DNA from: Candidatus Hydrogenedentota bacterium
Lineage (GTDB): Bacteria > Hydrogenedentota > Hydrogenedentia > Hydrogenedentales > GCA-2746185
Assembly (NCBI GenBank): GCA_046583315.1
Contig: JAYGCN010000049.1
Coordinates: forward strand, 1 to 64,000
Length of the DNA: 64,000 nucleotides
Direction of reading: 5' to 3'
Shown here: positions 29,430-37,971 of the stretch, in pieces
Numbering within the stretch: position 1 is the first letter of the stretch
Layout: each line of letters starts with the position of its first letter
Translations under genes and position numbers: made by a program
Notes under the pieces: generated by a model
What the model was told of the DNA's origin: nothing
The model's database searches: none
Seen by the model: only the letters and a program-made list of their open reading frames with translations

Positions 29430-29555
29430 ACGTATCCCGCCCCCGAAATCAATTAATTAGTTAATATTTATGGATTTAGTTAAACGTGATTTAGATACAC
29501 TATAGCAAAATGTTAGATTAAAAACATCTTGGTTTTGATATATTGACCCAAAAAC

Positions 29556-29590
29556 AAAAAAAGGGCCATGCTCTGTTGGAGCATAGCCCT
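29556..29590 (-). terminator. Intrinsic terminator downstream of the cytochrome c/monooxygenase gene
   Basis: On the minus strand: AGGGCTATGCTC-caaca-GAGCATGGCCCT followed by a T-run. Confidence 0.8.
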
Positions 29591-29611
29591 AAGTTGCTTA
29601 TTCTGAATGGG

Positions 29612-31147
29612 TTACTTTTCGAGCACGCCTTTGAGCGGAAATCCGCGCATGAATACGGTTACTTCTCCCGCAGCGGGGTTAATGCTGCCTTTGAACTCTT
29701 GCGCAGGCTGACCCGGTATTGTGAGGGTTCCGACAAAGTCGTTATCGGTCCACACGAGGTTTTCGACAGCAGCACGCGCCGCGAATGATGCGATGGGGAT
29801 GTACCAGCCGCCGTCACCTTCTTTGGGAAGGTACAAGGCGGTTTTCTGCATGCCTTTTTTGGGGTCGAAAGGAACTTTGAGGCTGTATACTTCGCCGGGG
29901 TGCAGTGCAAGCAGATTCTCGATTTTCATGGCAATCGGGTCCGCTTTTACGGATGGGCTCACGCCTTCGTCAACCACGAAATCGATGAATCCGATCATCA
30001 TTTCATCGTAGGATTCGGGCCCGAAGGTAAGATCCTTGGTCGGATCGGGATTCGCTTCGTTTGCAGTAGAGTTGTCAAAGTGCGCAACACAGTCGATAAC
30101 GGTTCCCGTGGGTACGGCGACGGGATTCTCGAATCGGTATTCGGTCTGCCAGTTGAAGTCGTAGTCACTGACTCTCAACAGTTCTTCGGATTTTCCGTCC
30201 GGGTAGGTCAGGGTGTATACAAAATCTTTGCCGCGGTAGTGCATGTGCGGTGTCAGTGAGATTAGGTGGCTATCTTCCAGGACGGTGTACTTTGATGTGA
30301 CTTCATGATTGCTGGCACCGGCGGGGATTTTGAATTCGGCATTCAGGACCCACAGGTTCACGAGTTCTTTTTCGATTGGACCATCGGCAAAGTGAAATCC
30401 GACACGAGTCGCATCGGTGTGGTCGTCTTCGGTGGGATGATAGTGCATGTCTCCGCGAATAACGGAGTTTTTCCCCAGCATGCGGCCGGTTCCTTCGGCG
30501 AACTGATTTGGCGCGGCACCAGCGGCCCAGGCACCGATCCATCCCTGGGGATTTCCGCCGCCCTGCTCGCCCTTCCACAGGATCACATGGTGAACAACTT
30601 CGCTACTTCCGGGTAACACTTCAACGTCGGTAATCCATTTGTCTTCGGAAAGATCCGTTTCAAATATGAAATCGTGGAACAGGTCGGGCCCGCCACCGGG
30701 AACGTCGTAGCTTTCAAATTGAATGACGTAATCCGGTTCACCAAGGATCCATTCGGAACTGCTGAATACAGGAGATTCCGGCATGTCTTTCGGGTTGCCT
30801 CGTTTTGCGCCCTGTTCCACCCAATTTACGATGGTATCGATTTCGGCTTGCGACATGCTGCGGTCGTCGATCCAGGGACCGAATCCGTGGTCAGCATCCC
30901 AAGGGGGCATGGCGCCCTCGGCGACGTTTTTCAGGATGGATTTGGCCCAGGGACGTACTTCCTGATAGGTCAAAAGTGACATGGGGCCAATCTGCCCCTC
31001 ACGGTGGCAGCTCGCGCAATTCTCAAAAATAATCGGTGCGACATCTTTGGTGTACGTGGGGTTTGGCACGGCCGCAGTCAACTCAGCTACCGCAGTACCT
31101 CCGACCGCCAGACTGATAGCAGTCAGATAAACAGACAGGTTACGCAT
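29612..31147 (-). CDS. Secreted c-type cytochrome fused to a copper type II (PHM/DBH-like) monooxygenase
   Basis: Signal peptide, CASCH, 'MPPW', copper-ligand motifs 'VVHH', 'MHYH', 'PHMH', 'DEMM'. Confidence 0.85.
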   Translation of the reverse strand: MRNLSVYLTAISLAVGGTAVAELTAAVPNPTYTKDVAPIIFENCASCHREGQIGPMSLLTYQEVRPWAKSILKNVAEGAMPPWDADHGFGPWIDDRSMSQAEIDTIVNWVEQGAKRGNPKDMPESPVFSSSEWILGEPDYVIQFESYDVPGGGPDLFHDFIFETDLSEDKWITDVEVLPGSSEVVHHVILWKGEQGGGNPQGWIGAWAAGAAPNQFAEGTGRMLGKNSVIRGDMHYHPTEDDHTDATRVGFHFADGPIEKELVNLWVLNAEFKIPAGASNHEVTSKYTVLEDSHLISLTPHMHYRGKDFVYTLTYPDGKSEELLRVSDYDFNWQTEYRFENPVAVPTGTVIDCVAHFDNSTANEANPDPTKDLTFGPESYDEMMIGFIDFVVDEGVSPSVKADPIAMKIENLLALHPGEVYSLKVPFDPKKGMQKTALYLPKEGDGGWYIPIASFAARAAVENLVWTDNDFVGTLTIPGQPAQEFKGSINPAAGEVTVFMRGFPLKGVLEK

Positions 31148-31313
31148 AATGAAAACTCCTTCTCAAGGGGTGTCGATTGATAATATGACTCGGAGGAGTG
31201 TAACACGGTGTCGACGAATAAGTTCACAAAAATATCACAACGTAGTGTAGATGTTTTTGACTATCGACGCGGAGATTTACCATAGATCTAACAATTATTC
31301 TGGTAGGTATTTC

Positions 31314-32438
31314 CTAGCCGTCGATGCGTTGACGAATGTCTTTCAGGCGTTGCCGCGCTTCTTTTCCCTGGGCGGTATGCCTCAGCCTATCGGCTACGGA
31401 GCGCAGAAGTGAGATGGCCAGATCGGTGTCGTGATCGAAATTCTCGCGAATGCTTGCGAGCCGCAGAACGGCCTTGGCCCATGTGTCGTCGTCACTTTCG
31501 AATCGCTGGATGATCAATTGAAATCTTCGCACGGCGTCGTCTTCGCGCTCGTAGCGTTCGTAGAATCCGGCGAGCTCAAAGTGCCCGCGGACCTCTCCTG
31601 GATGCTCATCCAGATAGCGTTTGAATAATGCCAGACCTTTGGGTATTTCTTTTTGCGCGATCAGCCTGCGCGCCTGATTGAGGTCGAGTCGGCCTTCGGG
31701 TTCGCGGGAAGCGCGCTTGGATGACTGAGCACGGTACGCACTCTTTTTCTTCACTTGCTTCTCATCGCCCATGCTGATTTTGAAGTGTGAATCGGGGTTG
31801 CGCAGTTGGATCTCTTTCCTGAGGTGGTTCGCGCCAGCAACATCATTCATTTCCTCTTCCAACAATTGGGACAGCGCGTTTGCCGCGTTGGTCCAGGGAA
31901 TCAACTGCTGGTGACAATGCAGAAGGATTTCTCGATAGTAATCGGCTGCGGCTTCGTAATCGTTCGTGTCTTCAGAAAGAGCCGCGAGCACAAACCGGGC
32001 GTTTGAGGAGTCTGGAAACTCTCTTCGAAGGCGGTTCAATTCTTCGACGGCCTCCTCGCGCTGCCCTTTACGAAGCAGCTCATGGGCTTTCCGAAGGTCG
32101 ACTTCATCCTGCACCTCTCTGGCGAGCCCGAACAAGCCATCGACCACGGATGCGGACGCGCCATCTGTAAACACCATGATAAACGGGAGCACCCAGGGAA
32201 GGGCGGTGAGTACGGCATAGCACCCCACGGTGAAGCGGGCCGCTCCTGTTGTTGCCCCTTGCAGCATCATGCCACCCCCTGTAAACACGGCAAATGTCCA
32301 GAAGCAGATGATTCCGAGGATCAGTACGCCGGATAGTCGATGCTCGCCATGACTCTTGAAGAGATCCGAGTCCATAAACCAGCGGACCAGCGCAAATAGT
32401 CCGATATTTACAACGGCAATGAGTATGAATCCAGACAT
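31314..32438 (-). CDS. Membrane protein with C-terminal TPR repeats
   Basis: Three N-terminal TM helices, then two TPR-like helical modules. G-rich SD before the ATG at 32438. Confidence 0.75.
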   Translation of the reverse strand: MSGFILIAVVNIGLFALVRWFMDSDLFKSHGEHRLSGVLILGIICFWTFAVFTGGGMMLQGATTGAARFTVGCYAVLTALPWVLPFIMVFTDGASASVVDGLFGLAREVQDEVDLRKAHELLRKGQREEAVEELNRLRREFPDSSNARFVLAALSEDTNDYEAAADYYREILLHCHQQLIPWTNAANALSQLLEEEMNDVAGANHLRKEIQLRNPDSHFKISMGDEKQVKKKSAYRAQSSKRASREPEGRLDLNQARRLIAQKEIPKGLALFKRYLDEHPGEVRGHFELAGFYERYEREDDAVRRFQLIIQRFESDDDTWAKAVLRLASIRENFDHDTDLAISLLRSVADRLRHTAQGKEARQRLKDIRQRIDG

Positions 32439-32590
32439 GGCACCGCCCCCCTCTCTGAAAGACACTATACCGCGAAACTCGTGATTGGTCAACGTGCGAA
32501 TCGTGCATTAAGCAACGATTTTTTGATACTTTGGTGCTCAATTCTCCGGGTGTATCCAGCTCGAATGACGAAACCGTAAAGGATCGTACC

Positions 32591-33616
32591 ATGCGCATGT
32601 TTATCTTCTCCTTGATATTGTTGACGGGACTATTCATTCAACCTCATCCGCATGCGGATGAGGTATTGCTCGACGACGGGTCGAAAATCGTGGGGACAAT
32701 CATCACGCTGCGGGATGGCGTCGTAAAAATCCAGACGAAACATGCTGGAGTCGTTTCGATCGAGATGAGTGGCGTCACGGGACTCGTCACTGAGGAGGCA
32801 AAAGGGGTTGCGCTTGACGATGAGGAACCGCGTGTCGAGCAGCTTGTCGTGGAAGGGGATCAACAGTTGCTGCTAAACGCTGATGGCTCGAAGGAATCGA
32901 TCTCCACGTCGACCGTGTTGTTGATTTGGCCTGCGGACGAAAAAATGCCGGCACCGGCGCGGCTCTGGACGGGGCGGCTGGAGTTGGGATTAACGGGTAC
33001 CGACGGGAACTCGGATCGCTTTACTTTTGTGGGCCGTAGCGAGGGGGTTCGCGATGCCGAAGCAACCAGGCTTCGACTCTTTGCGCTCGGATTTTACGCC
33101 GAAGATGAGGGCGTTCGTTCTCAGAATGAATTCAAAGGGGGAGGCCGCTACGAGTGGAAGTTTTCAGACCTGTGGAGTGCCTACACCAGCGCGGAGTTGG
33201 AGCATGACGAATTCGAGGCACTTGATTTACGCAGTACGATCGTTTTTGGTATAGGGTATCAGGCACTCAAGAGTCCTCGCCAGATGCTGATGACGCGCCT
33301 GGGTCTCGGTTATCAGTACGAAACCTTTGACGTTGCCGAGGACAAAGATGAGGCGATTCTTGACTTGGGCTATGAGTACGAGTTGAAGATAAAGAAGTGG
33401 GCAAAACTTCGGCAGGACACGACCTACCATTCCGCATTGGAAAACCCTGTGCGCGGGTATCGTATCATCGCGAATAGTAGTGCTGAGATTCCGCTGGCAT
33501 CCAACGATGCGTGGAAATTACGCCTTGGTGTGAAGCATGAGTACGACGACGCGCCACTACCGGGAATCGATCGACTGGATACGACGTATTTCCTGAATCT
33601 CGCCTACGATTGGTAA
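32591..33616 (+). CDS. DUF481 (YdiY-like) outer-membrane beta-barrel protein
   Basis: Signal peptide, 'W.G..ELG.T.TDGNS', alternating beta strands, C-terminal 'LAYDW'. Confidence 0.85.
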   Translation: MRMFIFSLILLTGLFIQPHPHADEVLLDDGSKIVGTIITLRDGVVKIQTKHAGVVSIEMSGVTGLVTEEAKGVALDDEEPRVEQLVVEGDQQLLLNADGSKESISTSTVLLIWPADEKMPAPARLWTGRLELGLTGTDGNSDRFTFVGRSEGVRDAEATRLRLFALGFYAEDEGVRSQNEFKGGGRYEWKFSDLWSAYTSAELEHDEFEALDLRSTIVFGIGYQALKSPRQMLMTRLGLGYQYETFDVAEDKDEAILDLGYEYELKIKKWAKLRQDTTYHSALENPVRGYRIIANSSAEIPLASNDAWKLRLGVKHEYDDAPLPGIDRLDTTYFLNLAYDW

Positions 33617-33619
33617 GGT

Positions 33620-34396
33620 TTACTTGACGAAGTTTTTGCGCCAGCGTCGCATACCGCCGATCCAGCGATCATAGTCCGATACTTTGCGTTCCATGTAGGT
33701 CTTGACCACCGGGTGAGGCAGTATCAAGAATATCTCGTCGCGAATGCCCTGGATGGTCGTTTCGGCAAGTTCTTCAGGTTCCAGCATGCCGTCACCACCA
33801 GCGGGACCGCCTTCGCCGGTACCCTCGGTCATTTTGGAGCGCACGGCCTGCGGACATAGGACCGAAACTTTGATGCCGTCGTCGCCGTGGGTGATCGCAA
33901 GGCTCTCGGCGAACCCGACGGCCGCGTGTTTGGTCACCGAATAGGGCGCGGAACCTATCTGACTGAGCAACCCTGCGGCCGAGGCCGTGTTGAGCAAATA
34001 CCCGTCACCGCGTTCAATCATGCCGGGTAACACCGCACGGGCTGCGTAAATGTGAGCCATGACATTGATCTGCCAGATGTTCTCCCAGTCTTCGTTGGAG
34101 GCGGATGCGGCGTGGCTGACGTCCGGGACACCGATGCCGGCGTTGGAGCAGAATAAATCGATTGGGCCGATTTGGGATTCAGTATCCGCGACGACACGTT
34201 GGATATCGGCTTCGTTGGCAACATCAGCCACCATGGCGATGCCGCCGATGGATTCGGCTACGCGCTTGGCACCTTCTTCGTCTCGATCGACGACGACTAC
34301 GGCCTCGGCACCTTCTTCGTGAAAGCGTTTGCACAGTGCTTCACCGATTCCGCTGGCTCCGCCGGTAACTACGGTGATTTTGTCTTTCAATTCCAT
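33620..34396 (-). CDS. Short-chain dehydrogenase/reductase
   Basis: TGGASGIG, 'SNAG', YxxxK ('YSVTK'). Confidence 0.93.
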   Translation of the reverse strand: MELKDKITVVTGGASGIGEALCKRFHEEGAEAVVVVDRDEEGAKRVAESIGGIAMVADVANEADIQRVVADTESQIGPIDLFCSNAGIGVPDVSHAASASNEDWENIWQINVMAHIYAARAVLPGMIERGDGYLLNTASAAGLLSQIGSAPYSVTKHAAVGFAESLAITHGDDGIKVSVLCPQAVRSKMTEGTGEGGPAGGDGMLEPEELAETTIQGIRDEIFLILPHPVVKTYMERKVSDYDRWIGGMRRWRKNFVK

Positions 34397-34458
34397 GGAA
34401 CTATCCTTCGTCGGTTGGTTGGAGTGACTACGCGCTGGTGCAGAGGAAGCGTGGTCGG

Positions 34459-35358
34459 CTATCCGTCAAAACTAAACCCCTGCTTGTCGAACCATGATCG
34501 AATATCGCCGATATCGGGCTCGGAGGGTGAAACAGTGTCCCCTGAATCGTCGGAGGGTTCGTTGAGTTGTTGATCGTAGATGTCTTCAAGTTTCTTGATC
34601 TGTTCGCGCAATTCGGGGCGCGCCTGGACGATATCCTCAAGACCTCTATCGAACTCGACACGACGCGCGGCGAGTTCATCGGTGTCCACATAGATTCCCA
34701 AAAGCGGCTGTAATTTTTCGATGAGCGACTCGATGCAGTGGTCGTTACGTCCTTGCACGTAGGGCGGGATACCCGCGACCAGGGTCGCGATGGAGATGCC
34801 TTGTGCCTCGGCGGTTTTGATGAAGAAGGTTGCCAGACTTGAGGGACCTTCGTAGTGGGTGGGATGTATGCCGGAGGAAACGACCGCATCGCGAAATGAT
34901 TCGTCGCTGAAACTGCTGTAGAACACGGGTTCGCGCGTGTGGGGAACGAGCCCGGTCACGCTGCCGACGTAACAGATGCGGCTGATGTTGCATTGCTCAA
35001 CAATACTGAACAATTCGCGGGTATATTGATGCCAACTGATGTGAGGTTCATCGCCGATAAACAGTACGGCGTTGTGTTGCTCGCTGACGTAAAATTCGTT
35101 TCTGGGTTCTTCGTAGTCGGTGACGCGACCGTCTTCGATTTGGGCGTGCGGCCTAAACATGGCGGCTATCTGAAGTGCGCCGGGTACGCTGTACACGTAG
35201 TATCCGTCGGGATGGATTTCTCCGAATCGCTCGGCATCGTAGGTCTCAATTAAATATTCAACTGTGCCGGTGGACACCTCGCCCCCATCCATCAAACCAC
35301 GGAATCCCAGTATGAGGACCCCGTCATTCAATTCCGGCACTCGCTCCAGATGTATCAC
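34459..35358 (-). CDS. PAC2 (proteasome assembly chaperone 2) family protein
   Basis: 'GF.G.MDGGE', 'G.EP...W', 'VPHTR', 'YEGP', 'IPPYV', C-terminal 'LE..YD'. Confidence 0.85.
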   Translation of the reverse strand: MIHLERVPELNDGVLILGFRGLMDGGEVSTGTVEYLIETYDAERFGEIHPDGYYVYSVPGALQIAAMFRPHAQIEDGRVTDYEEPRNEFYVSEQHNAVLFIGDEPHISWHQYTRELFSIVEQCNISRICYVGSVTGLVPHTREPVFYSSFSDESFRDAVVSSGIHPTHYEGPSSLATFFIKTAEAQGISIATLVAGIPPYVQGRNDHCIESLIEKLQPLLGIYVDTDELAARRVEFDRGLEDIVQARPELREQIKKLEDIYDQQLNEPSDDSGDTVSPSEPDIGDIRSWFDKQGFSFDG

Positions 35359-35418
35359 GTTCTTTACCTTTCCCCTGGGTCACGATACGATATCTAAATT
35401 CCGTTTCGCCCCATTGTT

Positions 35419-35856
35419 CTATTCTACAAAGTGGCTCCATGCGTATTGCTGTATGGCATCTTTTAATGTTTCCAGTTCAGCTTCACTTAGCCGTATGGCC
35501 AGAGCCGCATTCAGTTTCGTCCAGTTGAATGAAATCAGCGCAACGTCGGTCGCGGCGACCACACTTGCCGTTCGGGTACCGGCCGGATTGAGTTGCCCCA
35601 TTTCGCCGAGCAATTCAGGAGCGGGTTTCACAATTTCGGGTGCGTCTTTTTTCTGAACGGAGATCTCGCCGGAATACAGCACGTACCCGGTGCCCGTATT
35701 GGTGTCGTTCAGGGAAATCACGTTGTCGCCGCTACGTACCTGAACCCTGGTGCCGACTTCGCGTAATGTATCCAACCAGGCCGTATTGATTCTTTCCGAA
35801 AGCGACAAGGACAGTGGAATTGCTTCCCAGGCTGCGTGTAAGGACGTAAATTGCAC
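35419..35856 (-). CDS. Stand-alone cyclic-nucleotide-binding domain protein
   Basis: 'YVL.SGEI.V', 'LGEMG', 'RTASVVA'. GGAGGA SD before the GTG at 35856. Confidence 0.75.
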   Translation of the reverse strand: MQFTSLHAAWEAIPLSLSLSERINTAWLDTLREVGTRVQVRSGDNVISLNDTNTGTGYVLYSGEISVQKKDAPEIVKPAPELLGEMGQLNPAGTRTASVVAATDVALISFNWTKLNAALAIRLSEAELETLKDAIQQYAWSHFVE

Positions 35857-36093
35857 CGATTGGTTCCTCCCGTATCTTATGGTCGCGTCCGTTGATTGAT
35901 GCCTCTTATCATATCCTGTTCGCCGGAACGAATTAAACCTTGTGCCGACGACGGTGTGTGGAGCACGGTAGCCCCTTTCGGCTTCCATGGAAATTCGCCT
36001 GAATCGCGTCCATTTCAGTGGAAAATCAGGTCGAAATCAGATTTCAATTATTCATGTTTCGTGGTATCCTTAATTGAATAGGGGATTGACACG

Positions 36094-37896
36094 ATGATAA
36101 GACTCGGCGCGCTAATGCTCATGTTGGTACTGGTCTGTTCTGGTTGCGGGGGGCAAGCCTCCGGCTCGCAGGAGGCAACTGGTCCTGCTATGGAGGCACA
36201 ATATACCGGTGATACCGAAGTTTCCGCGCCCACAAGAATTTGGCGTGGCGGGGAACAAGCCGCGACGCTGGAGGAAACGGCAAACGAGCCCATTGAAACT
36301 CCCATCGCGGAAGTTGTTGGCGATACGGATGCCGACAAGGAAAAGACCGAAACATCGCCGGCCCAAGGTTCGCCCGATCTGCTTGGGGGCAATCTCTGGA
36401 TCGCCGGACAGGCGAACGTGTTGAGTGAGGAAGTTGAAAAGAGTCTTTCCGCTGGTTTCGAGTGGGGTGCAGATTCGACCCCTGAGTCGAGAGCTGTCGC
36501 CACCAACGAAGCCGTTCAACAAGATTCGGACGTTCAAGAAGAGTTGGCGGCCATTCGAGCCGAGCAGGCAACGATACTTGCAGAAATGAAAACGTTGAGG
36601 GCGCAAGCGGAAGATGATCGTCTGGCCGCTGCTTCTGAGACGGAAGCGTCGCGCAAACAAATGGCCGAAGAAAATGCGCTGGCCAAAGCTGAATTGCAAA
36701 AAGAACTCGACCGCATGAAAGCCGATGCCGAGCAGGAGCGTCTAGCAACAATTGGGCAAGCAGAGGCTGATCGAATCAGATCTGAGCATGAGAACGCGCT
36801 TGCAAAAGCTGAAGCGCAAAAAGAACTCGACCGATTGAAGGCCGAAGCCGAGAAGGAACGTATGGTTGCGATTGCTCAGGCGGAGGCGGACCGAATCAAG
36901 GCTGAACAGAAGAATGCGCTGGCCAAAGCTGAAGCGCTGGAAGAACTCGACCGCATGAAGGCTGACGCGGAAAAGGAGCGATTGACCGCACTTTCCGATG
37001 CGGAAGCGGCCCGCAAAGAGACTGAAAAACTTGCGCTAGCCAGAGCCGAGGCTGAAGCTGCACTGCTTGAGGCCCGAAATATGGAGTTGGAGACACGTGA
37101 AGAAATTGAAGTAGCTGCGGCGCCGTCGCCGAAACCACCTCCGGCCAGGTCGGGACCAGCGGGAAGCATTGAACTTATCGAACTCGACTTGAGTGCGCAG
37201 CGAGACGGCGTATTTGGCGTGGAATTGGCAAGTGATGCACTGATCGAAAACCTGAATGGCACGAAGATCGAATTGGCTGCTTATTTTTATGATGATAAGG
37301 GTAAACCCCTAAAGGATTCGGACAAAGTGAATCGCTCGTCGAAGGGTCAGGTGTACGTCGGCAAGGAATCGATGGTATCGTCGGATAACTATGCGCTCAA
37401 GGATAAACTGTTTATCCCCTTCGAGCAGCTGGAGCTGGCCATGGACGTGGAACACGCCGTTCAAGTGGAGCTCGTGTTGTGGGAGTATTCACATGGTCGA
37501 GGAAATCGTCTTGCCTCCACTCCCAAAACGACCTTTAAGCATGTAGCCAACGCGCCAGGCCTCGCGAGGGATGAGTTGCACCGAAGCGACCTTACAGGCA
37601 ACTGGCGAAACGGTAACACGCTTATCACAATGGCACAGCAGGACAACACGATTGTCTTGAATGGCCTGACAGTCGTTCCCCATAACATCGTTAGCGAAAC
37701 ATGGACCTATGAGCGTGGTCGGCTGCAGGGCATGGTTATCAATAAGCGCAAACTCCCGCCCGTGACCCGTATCTGGAGATTCGATCTGCGCATCAGCCAG
37801 GACGGAAATACCTTGACGGGTACTTACCATCGCGCGGACCGAAAGGGTAATTTTGGCTTCGACAGCGAACCCTTCGTTTGGACTCGAATGCCCTAG
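36094..37896 (+). CDS. Lipoprotein with coiled-coil repeat stalk and C-terminal globular domains
   Basis: Lipobox 'CSGC', Ala/Glu/Lys-rich helix, Pro hinge, two beta-rich domains. Confidence 0.8.
   Translation: MIRLGALMLMLVLVCSGCGGQASGSQEATGPAMEAQYTGDTEVSAPTRIWRGGEQAATLEETANEPIETPIAEVVGDTDADKEKTETSPAQGSPDLLGGNLWIAGQANVLSEEVEKSLSAGFEWGADSTPESRAVATNEAVQQDSDVQEELAAIRAEQATILAEMKTLRAQAEDDRLAAASETEASRKQMAEENALAKAELQKELDRMKADAEQERLATIGQAEADRIRSEHENALAKAEAQKELDRLKAEAEKERMVAIAQAEADRIKAEQKNALAKAEALEELDRMKADAEKERLTALSDAEAARKETEKLALARAEAEAALLEARNMELETREEIEVAAAPSPKPPPARSGPAGSIELIELDLSAQRDGVFGVELASDALIENLNGTKIELAAYFYDDKGKPLKDSDKVNRSSKGQVYVGKESMVSSDNYALKDKLFIPFEQLELAMDVEHAVQVELVLWEYSHGRGNRLASTPKTTFKHVANAPGLARDELHRSDLTGNWRNGNTLITMAQQDNTIVLNGLTVVPHNIVSETWTYERGRLQGMVINKRKLPPVTRIWRFDLRISQDGNTLTGTYHRADRKGNFGFDSEPFVWTRMP
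36661..37020 (+). repeat. Three 120-bp (40-aa) in-frame tandem repeats
   Basis: 'AAyGCGCTkGCmAAAGCTGAA...AAGAACTCGACCG' recurs at 36673, 36793 and 36913. Confidence 0.9.
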
Positions 37897-37971
37897 GGCG
37901 CGCTGGATTTTCCTCGTAGTGTGTGGTCGGCCTTTGTTAGGATAGGGCGGACACCACATTGAGGAAAGAAT

